A stretch of DNA of 50,067 nucleotides from Kiritimatiellia bacterium (lineage in GTDB: Bacteria; Verrucomicrobiota; Kiritimatiellia; RFP12; UBA1067): positions 1 through 50,067 of the forward strand of contig JBMNFY010000013.1 of assembly GCA_050949565.1 (NCBI GenBank), written 5' to 3'. Both the position numbers and the translations under genes were made by a program. The notes beneath the pieces were generated by a model. It searched no databases. It worked only from the letters and a program-made list of their open reading frames with translations, and was not told the DNA's origin. Positions 1 to 9,742 of this stretch are shown piece by piece (positions within the stretch are counted from its first letter, which is position 1; the number at the start of each line of letters is the position of its first letter).

Positions 1-1
1 C

Positions 2-3000
2 GCCGAAGACGATTGGGGTACACTCGCCAACTGGTTCAACCCCTTCAACGGGCGCACCTACACCGGCACCGGCGGCTCGCTGGGCTATAACCCGCTGACC
101 GACGCCGTGCTCATCGGCGACAGCGGCACCGCTCCCTCCGATTCACTCGCGCTGATCGCAGCCGGTGACGGCCGCTGGATCGGCCACGACATTGAGGTCG
201 CCGACGCGGGCGCCAGCGTGACGCTCGGCATGACAGCCGGCTCGGCCATGTTCGCGGGTACCCTCACGCTGCATCGCGGTATCGCACTCGCCGGCCCGGC
301 CGACGGTATCTTGATCCTCAACACCATCGCTTTTGCCGACGGGTTCACCGGCCCCAGCATCACCGCAGTTGACGGTCTCGGCGCTCTTTGCATTGAAGGC
401 GAACTGCCCGCTTCAGACGCGCTCGCTGTCGGCGCATGCGCATTGAGCTTCGGCAGCCGCACGGTCAAGACCCAGACCCTTCAAGCACTGACGCTCGGCA
501 CACCGGGTGCCGCCGGTGCCTTGGATGTCGACTTCGGTCCCGGTGCCAACGACATCCTCCATGTAACCGCCGCGGACGGCCTGACGCTCAGCAACACCGT
601 GGTCAACCTGTTCTACGCCGGAACCGGACAACCCTTCGCCGAGCCCGGCACCTACACGCTCTTCACCTACCAGGGTACGCTCGACGGTGACGCGGCGTTG
701 CTGTCGGTCGGCAACCCGCAGGACGGCGCGAGCTATGCCTTTGCCAATGACACCGTCAACCGCCGCGTGACCCTCACCATCACCGGCGCGTCGGGCGGCA
801 TCGCCGCTGTTTGGACGCATCCGGAAGGCGGTGCGTGGGCTACCGGTGCGAACTGGGACGGCGGCACGGCACCAAACGGTGCGGGCATCGTACCGCTCTT
901 CGGTCTCGCCATCACCAATCACGCGACTGTCGACACGGGCGCAGGCTACACTGTCGGCGGACTGACCTTCAACAACGCTGCCTACGGCTACACCCTTGGA
1001 GGCAGCGGCGGGCTGACCTTCTCGCATGCCGGCGAGCCTTCGACCGTCTCCGTGATCGCCGGCTCGCACACCCTGAACACCGCGCTCAACGCCCCGGACG
1101 GGCTGAACGTCACGACCGCAGATGACGCGCAACTGGCGCTCGGTCCCGACGCCACCGTCGCCGCCGCGCTCACGCTTGCGCAGGGCACGCTTGAGTTGCA
1201 GGGCAATGCCACACTCGACGGTGCAGTCGATCTGGCCGACGCCACCATGCTGCGCGTACGCGCCACCACCAACGCCGCCATCGGCACCCTGAGCGGCACG
1301 CCCTCGTCCGTCGTGGCGCTGACCGGCACCGCGCCCGCGCTGACGATCAATCAGGCCGACGACGAGACCTTCGCCGGTTCCTTTACGGGCGGCACCGACG
1401 CCCGCATGACCAAGACCGGTAACGGTACACTGGGCCTGAGCGGACTGTTCTCACCGCTTGCCGGGCGTATCGCGCTCCAGGGCGGCACGCTCGAGACACG
1501 TTCGGCCACACTCTTTGCCGCCGCCGACCTCGCCGCCGCCAGCACGCTGCGCGTCGCGGCACCGGTCACGAACGGCCTCACCGGCTTCTTCTACAACGTC
1601 ACGCCCAACACCAATGCCTTCTGGACGCTGTCCGGCATGGAGAGCCACTTCGCGTCGCTGACGCCCAATTTCGCCGCGATCAGCGGCGCGAGCAGCAACC
1701 TCTTCGACTTCGGCGTGGGCACACCGTATGCCATCGCCGGCCCGTACACGTCAAGCGGCAGCCGGGCCTTCTACTTCGAGGCCGTGTGGCGCGGCACAAT
1801 CACCGTGCCCGCCAGCGGCACGTATGTCTTCGGCTGCTACGGTGACGACGGTTTTCTGCTCGCCATTGACGGACGTCAGGTGCTCGCCCGCAACGCGTGG
1901 CACGCCTCGTGGCGGGAAGGCACCGTGACCCTTGAGGCCGGACGCCACGACATTGTGCTCGGCTATTTCCAACTGAGCGGCGGCGGCGGCATCCGCGTGC
2001 GCGTGCGCCTGCCCGGCCAGACCTCGCCCGTTGCGCTGCCGAACGCCTGGCTGACCCCCTACTCGCAGACCGGCGCGCTCGCGGGCGGCGGCACGGTTAC
2101 GTTGCCGACAGCCAACGCCCCGCTGTGCGCGCACGTCAAAGCCGGCGGCGCACAGTTCGGCGGCACCCTTTCCGGTGTCTCTGGCACATGGTTCGCTAAG
2201 AGCGGCAACGGCTTGCAGAGCCTTGCGGGCGGCGGGGTCAACGGCTTCGCCGGCGACGTGGATGTCCAAGCAGGCATTCTGGCTTTCGACACGGACGAGC
2301 TGGTCGATCATGCAGCGCGGCTCTCGGTGCGGGCGGGTGCGACCCTCGCACTGGCCGGCACGGAAACGATCGGCGCGCTCACCGGCGACGGTACCCTCGC
2401 CATCGGCGGCCACGTCTACGTGGTGCCTTTTGAAGGCGACGCAGATTGCGGCATCTCCGCCGACAAAACCTACACGCACCTGCTGGACTTCCCGGCCAAC
2501 GGCAATCCCGCCACGATCAACGGGGTGACCTTCATCGCCGCCGGCATGAGCGGCAGCTCGGGGGACTACACCTGGTCGACCGTCAATCCGCCTACCGGAA
2601 CGTGGAACGACCCCCCCAACGACAGCACACGCACGGGCATTGATCGGCTACTCTGGGACTTCATCTACGGGGTTGACGAATTCACGACCACGCTCGCGGG
2701 GCTTACACCGGGCAAGGCTTACGAGTGCCGCCTCTACTTCCGTAACTTCAATAACAACCCGCGCCGCACGACCTTCACCTTTACGGCCGGTGCGCATCAA
2801 GTGGGCGAGCTTTTCTACAATCCCGACAGCGGCGTGAAAGGCAGCCGGAGTTGGATGGGTTGCCGCTACACGGCGGATGCATCCGGCTCCCTCGCGATCC
2901 GCGTCGTGTCCCACGTCAGCACAGACAGGTGCCACTTCTATGGGCTCTCCAACGAAGAACTGCCCAGCACCGCCGCGCCTACGCTGATTGTCGCTCCGGC

Positions 3001-4492
3001 CGCTGCGGCAGAGGCGCGCTTCACGGGCAATGTCACCGGACTCGGCACGTTGGTCAAGGATGGCGATGGCACGCAACGTTTCGGCGGTACCATCGCATTG
3101 CCCACCCCGCTGACCGTGCAGGCGGGTACGGCTGTGCTCGAACAGGGCGCAGACCTGCCGGGCGGAGCCGCCGTCGCGGCCGGCGCGACGCTCAGGGTGC
3201 CGCTCGGCGGCGTCACGCTCGGTGCGATTTCCGGGGAAGGCACCTTCGAATTGACCGGCACTGCCGACTACGCCATCACGAACGGACCGCACTTCGTAAA
3301 GATCACGGGCGATGCGGACAGCGGTATTTCGCGCGACAAACGCTACACCCACCTGCTCGACTTCGGCAGCAGTACCGCGCTCGCCACCGTAAACGGCGTC
3401 ACCTTCAATAAAGAGCGGGCCGTCAGCGGTCCATTCTGCGGTCAGAGCTGGAGCAACGCACCGGCATCCTCGTCCCATTCCGGCGGCAACACCGGCAACA
3501 TCGGGGTGCCGCCCAGCCAGGGCATCTACAACCTGATTAACGACTTCTGTTACAACGGCCCCTACGCGCCCTCTGTCTTCGCCCTGACCGGACTGACCAC
3601 CGGCAGGTGGTATGAAGTGCGTTTCTATCACCGCAAATGGGAGGACAGCAAGGCGCGCGACACGACCTTCACCTTCGACCCGGACGGCACGGGCCCGATC
3701 AGTGACGCCATTTCGTTCAATCCCGACAGCCCGGCCGGAGCGTTTAACGATAACTACCTCGCTTACCGCTATTTCGCGCTGACCGACCGGCTGGACATCA
3801 CCGTCGCCTGCCCGAACCCGGACAGGTACCACATCTACGGACTCAGCAATGAGGAGGTGCCGGACGCGCTCGGCGCCGCCACGCTCGCCCTCGCGGATGA
3901 CTGCGTGTTCAGCGGCATGGTGACCGGCAGCGGCGGTCTGATCAAGAACGGCGCGGGCGCACTCACCGTCACCGGCGTCGGCGACGCCACCGGTGCGCTG
4001 ACCGTCAGCGGCGGCGCGTGCGGCGTGGCCGAAGGCGGGCGCATCACCACCGGTCCAGTCAATGTGCTAGCCGACGCGACGCTCTTCGGTCACGGCCAGA
4101 TGGGCGGTCCGGTCAACGTGGCCAGCAACGCCTGGCTGCAAGGCGGTACTGCCGCTGCATGCGGCACGCTGGCGGTGGGCGGCGATCTGACGCTCGCGCC
4201 CGGCGCGAGCATCGCCTGGCGTTATGCCGACGGCGGTGCATCCGACACCATCACCGTCGCGGGCACGGCAAACGTACCGACCAACGGCTTGGTGCAGGTT
4301 GCCTCGCTCACGCCAGGACTGATGCCGCCCGCCAAGCGGCCGCTCATCTCCTCGTCGACCGCGATCAACGGTCCGGATGACCTCAGCGGCTGGACCGTCG
4401 AGGGTGTTGAAAACGCCAGCTTGCGCTACAGCGATGACCGCACCAAGATCTACTTCTTCACGCCACGCGGCAGCCTGTTGTTGTTGCAATAA
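2..4492 (+). CDS. Large secreted/surface protein (5'-truncated by window edge): autotransporter-associated beta-strand repeats, PA14 domain, two copies of an uncharacterised ~180-aa domain, no C-terminal beta-barrel
   Basis: Frame is open from nt 2 (AEDDWGTLANW...) into the 107..4492 ORF. Repeated LxKxGxGTLxL motifs. PA14-like WRGTITVPASGTYVFGCYGDDG...LEAGRHDIVLGYFQLSGGG at ~1580-2060. Ends ...FFTPRGSLLLLQ*. Confidence 0.85.
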   Translation, partial: AEDDWGTLANWFNPFNGRTYTGTGGSLGYNPLTDAVLIGDSGTAPSDSLALIAAGDGRWIGHDIEVADAGASVTLGMTAGSAMFAGTLTLHRGIALAGPADGILILNTIAFADGFTGPSITAVDGLGALCIEGELPASDALAVGACALSFGSRTVKTQTLQALTLGTPGAAGALDVDFGPGANDILHVTAADGLTLSNTVVNLFYAGTGQPFAEPGTYTLFTYQGTLDGDAALLSVGNPQDGASYAFANDTVNRRVTLTITGASGGIAAVWTHPEGGAWATGANWDGGTAPNGAGIVPLFGLAITNHATVDTGAGYTVGGLTFNNAAYGYTLGGSGGLTFSHAGEPSTVSVIAGSHTLNTALNAPDGLNVTTADDAQLALGPDATVAAALTLAQGTLELQGNATLDGAVDLADATMLRVRATTNAAIGTLSGTPSSVVALTGTAPALTINQADDETFAGSFTGGTDARMTKTGNGTLGLSGLFSPLAGRIALQGGTLETRSATLFAAADLAAASTLRVAAPVTNGLTGFFYNVTPNTNAFWTLSGMESHFASLTPNFAAISGASSNLFDFGVGTPYAIAGPYTSSGSRAFYFEAVWRGTITVPASGTYVFGCYGDDGFLLAIDGRQVLARNAWHASWREGTVTLEAGRHDIVLGYFQLSGGGGIRVRVRLPGQTSPVALPNAWLTPYSQTGALAGGGTVTLPTANAPLCAHVKAGGAQFGGTLSGVSGTWFAKSGNGLQSLAGGGVNGFAGDVDVQAGILAFDTDELVDHAARLSVRAGATLALAGTETIGALTGDGTLAIGGHVYVVPFEGDADCGISADKTYTHLLDFPANGNPATINGVTFIAAGMSGSSGDYTWSTVNPPTGTWNDPPNDSTRTGIDRLLWDFIYGVDEFTTTLAGLTPGKAYECRLYFRNFNNNPRRTTFTFTAGAHQVGELFYNPDSGVKGSRSWMGCRYTADASGSLAIRVVSHVSTDRCHFYGLSNEELPSTAAPTLIVAPAAAAEARFTGNVTGLGTLVKDGDGTQRFGGTIALPTPLTVQAGTAVLEQGADLPGGAAVAAGATLRVPLGGVTLGAISGEGTFELTGTADYAITNGPHFVKITGDADSGISRDKRYTHLLDFGSSTALATVNGVTFNKERAVSGPFCGQSWSNAPASSSHSGGNTGNIGVPPSQGIYNLINDFCYNGPYAPSVFALTGLTTGRWYEVRFYHRKWEDSKARDTTFTFDPDGTGPISDAISFNPDSPAGAFNDNYLAYRYFALTDRLDITVACPNPDRYHIYGLSNEEVPDALGAATLALADDCVFSGMVTGSGGLIKNGAGALTVTGVGDATGALTVSGGACGVAEGGRITTGPVNVLADATLFGHGQMGGPVNVASNAWLQGGTAAACGTLAVGGDLTLAPGASIAWRYADGGASDTITVAGTANVPTNGLVQVASLTPGLMPPAKRPLISSSTAINGPDDLSGWTVEGVENASLRYSDDRTKIYFFTPRGSLLLLQ
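644..1297. repeat. Long inverted-repeat arm shared with 46932-47585
   Basis: By eye, 644-815 equals the reverse complement of 47414-47585 (172 bp) and 1079-1297 equals the reverse complement of 46932-47150 (219 bp). Confidence 0.9.
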
Positions 4493-4519
4493 ACATCAAA
4501 CGTGTACCGAGGAGCGGGC

Positions 4520-5161
4520 ATGGAACGACGAGTAAAGCGCGAAGTTGAAATCACGTTGCACAGCATCAACATACCGGTCACCGGTGCGGGGCTCGACACC
4601 ACGACCTCGCACCTGCTGACCACCGACTTGGTGTGGCCGCGGGTGGGTGTGGCACGTAAAAGCGCCAGTCAATCCTGCACGTTGCAGGAGGGTACCGCTG
4701 ATTTTGAAACGGCCAACTGGGGGCGGCGCATCCTTTTCAAGGAGACGGTCGAGGGGCGTTTCGCGCTTGCCGTGACAGTCACCGAGGCACTGGACGATGA
4801 GGAACTGGAGAAGATCCTGCGCTTCTGGGCCGGCGCGGCACTCGCGATCGGTGCCGATGCCGTGGACAGCGCGGCCGGCCCGCTCGGCGACCTGGCGGCC
4901 GCGCCGCTGGAGTACGCGGCCAAAGCGGTGGCCAAGTATCCGGGCGCGACGCTGCTGGCCGAAGGGCTGGCGGAACTGGACGCAACGGATTTCCCGCCAA
5001 GCGGCGGCGAACGGCTGCTGACCGTGAGATTGGTCGCGGCCCGCAAGCTGCTGCGCGTCACGCGCCGCACGGTCAACGGCCGTTCGCGTGTCACGCGCAA
5101 GACCCTGTTGGAGAAGGGCGCGGACAACGGCGAGGTAACTCTGGCCGTGCGGACGCTGTAA
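4520..5161 (+). CDS. Hypothetical protein (~213 aa)
   Basis: ATG 4520 after GAGGAG RBS, GC3-rich codons, directly downstream of the large gene. No recognised family. Confidence 0.7.
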   Translation: MERRVKREVEITLHSINIPVTGAGLDTTTSHLLTTDLVWPRVGVARKSASQSCTLQEGTADFETANWGRRILFKETVEGRFALAVTVTEALDDEELEKILRFWAGAALAIGADAVDSAAGPLGDLAAAPLEYAAKAVAKYPGATLLAEGLAELDATDFPPSGGERLLTVRLVAARKLLRVTRRTVNGRSRVTRKTLLEKGADNGEVTLAVRTL

Positions 5162-5255
5162 TAATCGGCTGGAAACAGGGGGCACGCGAGTTTAGTGCGT
5201 GGTTTGCGTGTGCGCGGTCGGGAGCGCGAGCGTCCCCTGAAAATCAAAAACACGA

Positions 5256-5285
5256 TTGACAATGCCTGCCGGCAAGGCGTATGCT
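5256..5285 (+). promoter_or_regulatory. Putative sigma70-type promoter for the peptidase locus
   Basis: TTGACA (5256-5261), 18-nt spacer, TATGCT (5280-5285), with an A-rich tract upstream. Confidence 0.5.
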
Positions 5286-5641
5286 GACGGCACGATTTCA
5301 TAAAGGGTAATGTGTGTTGAGGGTACGGTACGTTGTTGTTCTCGCGATGACAACGAGATGTGACCAGAGGTGAGTGGCCGCGCGCGTTGCGGTCAGGCGT
5401 TTTACAGACAGTCCTGCACATTTTGATTTTGCGCTTACGCGCATTAACGCTTCATCTGAAACCACCAAGTTTAAGTTAGGAAGCGAGATGCACGGGGACG
5501 CGCCCGCTCGGGCGCGGCCTCTGTCTCGTGTTTCCTAACAGGTGCTTGGTGGTACCTCAGATGAGGCACAGATTGGGGTTCGCGCCTTTTTGTGGGGGTG
5601 CGCGGAGCCCGGTGCGGCACGGGCGGCGAGGAGATGGCACG

Positions 5642-8380
5642 ATGGATGGAAATCTTTTTTGCGGCGGAACGGATGTCGGCGGAACGGCGTTTATAGGACT
5701 GCCGGGCATTTTGGTTGTGGCGGCGTACGCGCTGTGCCTCGCGGTGTACATGTGGGAGCGGGGTGTGTTCCGTGGGGGCTGGGCAGACCGGCGGGAGACA
5801 TGGGCGTCTTGGTCGCCCGTGTTGCGCATCCTCATGGTGGGTCTGCTGCTGACCTGTGTGAGGGACGGGCGTTGCACGAAGCCCGGCGGCGGGACGAACA
5901 ACCCCGCCGCCATCGCCCAGCAGACGGCCACGCAGGAAGGACAGGCGGCGGGAGCCCCGGCCGCCGCGCCGTCAGCCCCGTCGAACCAAACGTCTGGCGG
6001 CGCTGCCGCCATGCCTGCGGGGGCAGGCGCGCCCGCCCCCGCGCTTCCGACGCTGGCGGACGGCACCAACTGCTGGTGGATCGCCGAGGGGCGCAGCCCG
6101 GCGGACACGGACATGGACGGCATGCCCGACGCTTGGGAGCGCATCTTCGGGCTTGACCCGCTTGATCCTTCCGATGCCGCCAGCGACCACGACCGCGACG
6201 GGCTGACCGCGCTGGAAGAGTTCCTGAACAGGACACACCCGCAGCGGCGGGACACGGACGGCGACGGCATGCCCGACGCCTGGGAGACGGCGCACCGGCC
6301 CTTCCTCTGTCCCTGGCTGCCGGACGACGCCCTGGACGCGGATGAAGACGGGCTGGACAACTTCCACGAGTACGCGCTGGGCTGCGATCCGGGCGACCCA
6401 GACTCCAATGATGACGGGCGGCCCGACGGCGAGGAGGCGGACGCGGGCGTGAACCCCCTCCTTGCGCATGCGGACTGGGCGGCCTACGGCACGGCCCTGT
6501 TCTCCGTGCGGGTTGACGGGCTGCGCGCCGCGCGCCGCGCGGGCGTGTCTGTCGGGCATATCACGCACTCGGGGGTGCAGGAACGCTCTTACGCCATAGC
6601 GGCGGGCTATCGCTACCCGCTGACGGTCGTCGATCTCGACCCCAGCAACACCGTCCCCTGCACGGGCACGGTGCGCATCACCCATGACAACGCCACGTTC
6701 ATACACGGCTTCACCAATGAGTTCCCGGTGACGTTCCCGCTCTCCACCAACGCCCCGGCCTGTCCGCCCGGCACGGAGATGACCGTGGTCGGCATCGATC
6801 TCGACATCCCCGACATCATCTGCCTCGGCCCGGACAACAGCGCGTCCTTTTCCGTGTCGGCCAGCTTCGTGCCCGACGGCGAGGAGATCGCGGGGCAACC
6901 GCAGTGGTCCGTCAGCGGCGGGTCCGCCACGCCGGAGAGCGGCAACATGGAGACATGGGTGAACGCGGTTTTCCCCGCGCCCGCGCAGCAGGCCCAGGGG
7001 GCACCCGCACCGATGGGCGCGGGCGTGGAAACAAACGGTTCGCCGTCGATCACGGCGGAGATCGGCGACAGAACCGTCACGCGCACGTTCGAGCCGTCCA
7101 CGCCGGACGCCCCCGACGAACCAGACCCCTGGGACGGCCGGCGCTTCATCGCCAGCCCCTTCAGCGTCACGGAACCGGTGTCGCCGACCTACGCGCTCGC
7201 GCACAGCAGCAATGCCGTGACGTTCGCGTGGCACGGGCACCGGGAGGACACGGTGCTGGAGTGGAGCATCAGCGGGGACGGGCCGCGCTTTATCAAGGAC
7301 GGGCAGGAGGTGTCCAAGGTGACACGAGACCTCTCGGTCTCAGTCCTGCCGCGCGGGACGGTTTCAAACTTCAAGATCAGGGCGAAGGCCCGGACATTCA
7401 CGGGCGCGATCGTCACGCGGCAGACCGAACTGCGCGTGATCACGATCGTCGCCGAGCCGGTCATGTCGTTCACGCCCGGCGCGCCGGTAAATCCCAGCGG
7501 TCTCTTCGTCGGCGGCTCCGCAACCTTCCAGATCACATTTTCATCGAACGTCAGGGCAGAGGATGTGCAGTGGTCCGTTGCCGACGGCAAAGCCGCGCTC
7601 GCCTTCGGTCCGCAAAGCACCGCGCCCCAGATCGTGGTCGGCCTCGCGCCGGGCACGGAAACGCTGGCCGCCAATATCACGCACTACGTCGGCCCGCCGC
7701 CGCAATTCAATTTCGAGGTGTACACCCATGCCGACCCCATCCCCATTCATTTCATGTTCATCTGCGACACGAACGGCTTCCACGCCGGATGGGCCTCAGC
7801 CATTCCCGGCCTCATCACGAATGTCAACCACATCTACCGCCAGGCGGGAATGAGCTTTACTCAAGCCTCCGTCGCGTACACGAACAACCAAGAGTGGTAT
7901 CAGCATTCGGACAGCAATCGGATTCAAGAGGCTATCGTTGATTCCCGCACGTTTAAGAAGGGGCTGGAGGTCTACATTGTCTCAAGGCTCGCGCCGGAGG
8001 TCGCCGGAAAAAATTGGACGGATCGAGGCATCCTGATGGTGGGCACCGGCTCTGCCCGCACCCTCGCGCATGAGATCGGGCACCAGTGCGGGTTGTTTGA
8101 CATCTACACCTCCGTGCTCGGCATGCCTCCGCTGACGATGCCGCTTTCACCGGATCATTTGACGCCGGCCGACTGGAACAACGGGCCGGGGCCGCAGGAA
8201 TACTATCCGCGCGGGTTGCCGCTGTCGACTGTGATTGAGCGGTGCCTGATGTTCGGGTACACGTCGGGCGGTTATGACGTGCCCATGGGCCGGGTTAAAG
8301 GGTACAATGTGAGCGGGATATTTCGTTCCATCTCGGTCGGGGTACGGGGGATGAACCGCACCCCGGCTCACGATCTATAA
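5642..8380 (+). CDS. Membrane-anchored/secreted protein with thrombospondin type-3-like Ca-binding repeats and a C-terminal zinc metallopeptidase (HExxH) domain
   Basis: N-terminal hydrophobic segments, Ala/Pro linker, DTDxDGMPDAWE/DxDxDGL repeats (~6100-6460), and TLAHEIGHQCGLFD at ~8060-8100 with a later CLM Met-turn-like motif. Start uncertain (ORF track gives 5528). Confidence 0.75.
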   Translation: MDGNLFCGGTDVGGTAFIGLPGILVVAAYALCLAVYMWERGVFRGGWADRRETWASWSPVLRILMVGLLLTCVRDGRCTKPGGGTNNPAAIAQQTATQEGQAAGAPAAAPSAPSNQTSGGAAAMPAGAGAPAPALPTLADGTNCWWIAEGRSPADTDMDGMPDAWERIFGLDPLDPSDAASDHDRDGLTALEEFLNRTHPQRRDTDGDGMPDAWETAHRPFLCPWLPDDALDADEDGLDNFHEYALGCDPGDPDSNDDGRPDGEEADAGVNPLLAHADWAAYGTALFSVRVDGLRAARRAGVSVGHITHSGVQERSYAIAAGYRYPLTVVDLDPSNTVPCTGTVRITHDNATFIHGFTNEFPVTFPLSTNAPACPPGTEMTVVGIDLDIPDIICLGPDNSASFSVSASFVPDGEEIAGQPQWSVSGGSATPESGNMETWVNAVFPAPAQQAQGAPAPMGAGVETNGSPSITAEIGDRTVTRTFEPSTPDAPDEPDPWDGRRFIASPFSVTEPVSPTYALAHSSNAVTFAWHGHREDTVLEWSISGDGPRFIKDGQEVSKVTRDLSVSVLPRGTVSNFKIRAKARTFTGAIVTRQTELRVITIVAEPVMSFTPGAPVNPSGLFVGGSATFQITFSSNVRAEDVQWSVADGKAALAFGPQSTAPQIVVGLAPGTETLAANITHYVGPPPQFNFEVYTHADPIPIHFMFICDTNGFHAGWASAIPGLITNVNHIYRQAGMSFTQASVAYTNNQEWYQHSDSNRIQEAIVDSRTFKKGLEVYIVSRLAPEVAGKNWTDRGILMVGTGSARTLAHEIGHQCGLFDIYTSVLGMPPLTMPLSPDHLTPADWNNGPGPQEYYPRGLPLSTVIERCLMFGYTSGGYDVPMGRVKGYNVSGIFRSISVGVRGMNRTPAHDL

Positions 8381-8410
8381 TCCTGTGTGATGAAAACAAA
8401 GGAGGAAGCA

Positions 8411-9697
8411 ATGAGGATCAGGTGTGTCTTTCTGACTGTGTTGGTGCTCGGCATGAGGGTGACTTCTTTTGGGCAATACATAAGCCCGACAGATTCCGGC
8501 GTGCGTATCCATAAGGTGGCTCCGACGGCGAGGCCGTGGTATGAACCGGATGACTCGCTGATGTCACTGAACGCAGGACTGAGCGCAGGACTCGGCTTTG
8601 AGAACGCGGACTGGATGATTCGTAACATGAAGGACGGGTTACTCGGAAAAGAGGCACCGTTTGCGTCGACTCTCTCAGGCACCAGGAAATATATCATGAG
8701 AATTTCCGACGCGCTTCACCGGAGCGGGGACTCACCGGAGATCACGAACACCCTGCATCAGTCATTGCTTATCCCAAACAACCTCTACCTCGACATCATC
8801 CTGCACGCCTACATCCTGGCCTCGCCCGTGCCGATGACGGTCCTCGCGGAAACCGTGGTCAAGGAGTTCCCCGCAGGACAGCGGAAAGCATGGTACGCCG
8901 AAGCCACAGAGAAGGCCCTGTACGGGGACTCCTGGGAGGACTGCCTCATCGACCGCCCGTCGCGGGAGGTGCTGCGGTACTCGCACTTCCTGAACCGCGT
9001 CAAGGCCCTTGAAACAGACCCCGAGTGTCTGCGGGTCATCGGGAATCCCTTCGATCCCGGGCGGGAGGTTTTCCCGACGCTAGCGCCGGGCGGCGGGAAG
9101 GAGGGAGGGGAGAGGCGCGTCGCGCCCAACGGAGCCGCACAGTTTATTTCCCGGATCGCTCCGACATCTAGGCCGTGGTACGAGGCGGACGACTCGCTGC
9201 GAACCGTCAACGCGAGGCTGGCGCACGGCAGGGACGGGGGGATGGTCGGCCTGATCGGGGCAGAACTCCTGTCGCGGGATACGCCGCTCGCTCGGACCTC
9301 CGGGGGGACGCCGGAGTATGTCGCGGAGCTTCTCGGCGCCCTCTGGCGGAGCGGGGATTCGCCGGAGATCACCAACATCCTGCACCAGGCCCTGCTCGCG
9401 CCGACCAACCATTACCGCGAGGCTACGTTCCGCGCCTACGTGATGGCCTCGCCCGTGCCGATGACGGTTCTCGCGGAGACCGTGGTCAAGGCGATCCCCC
9501 CAAAAGAAAGGGACGAGTGGTATGCCGGATCTGGATCGAAAAAACTGAAAACACATAGCTGGATAGACCGCTCCATTGACCACCCGTCGCGGGAGTCGTT
9601 GCGGTATTCGCACTTCCTCAACCTGATCAAAGCCATCGAGACCGATCCCGAGTGTCTGCGGGGCCTCGGCGACATCGTTGATCCAAAGTGGGAGTGA
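8411..9697 (+). CDS. Secreted hypothetical protein with internal two-fold repeat; copy 1 of a tandem pair (candidate inhibitor/immunity protein)
   Basis: AAGGAGG RBS, ATG 8411, signal-peptide-like MRIRCVFLTVLVLG. The unit APTxRPWYExDDSL...SGDSPEITN...ASPVPMTVLAETVVK...LRYSHFLN...ETDPECLR occurs twice. Confidence 0.75.
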   Translation: MRIRCVFLTVLVLGMRVTSFGQYISPTDSGVRIHKVAPTARPWYEPDDSLMSLNAGLSAGLGFENADWMIRNMKDGLLGKEAPFASTLSGTRKYIMRISDALHRSGDSPEITNTLHQSLLIPNNLYLDIILHAYILASPVPMTVLAETVVKEFPAGQRKAWYAEATEKALYGDSWEDCLIDRPSREVLRYSHFLNRVKALETDPECLRVIGNPFDPGREVFPTLAPGGGKEGGERRVAPNGAAQFISRIAPTSRPWYEADDSLRTVNARLAHGRDGGMVGLIGAELLSRDTPLARTSGGTPEYVAELLGALWRSGDSPEITNILHQALLAPTNHYREATFRAYVMASPVPMTVLAETVVKAIPPKERDEWYAGSGSKKLKTHSWIDRSIDHPSRESLRYSHFLNLIKAIETDPECLRGLGDIVDPKWE

Positions 9698-9742
9698 ATG
9701 CGCTTGCCGAAATCCTGTGTGATGAAAACAAAGGAGGAAGCA

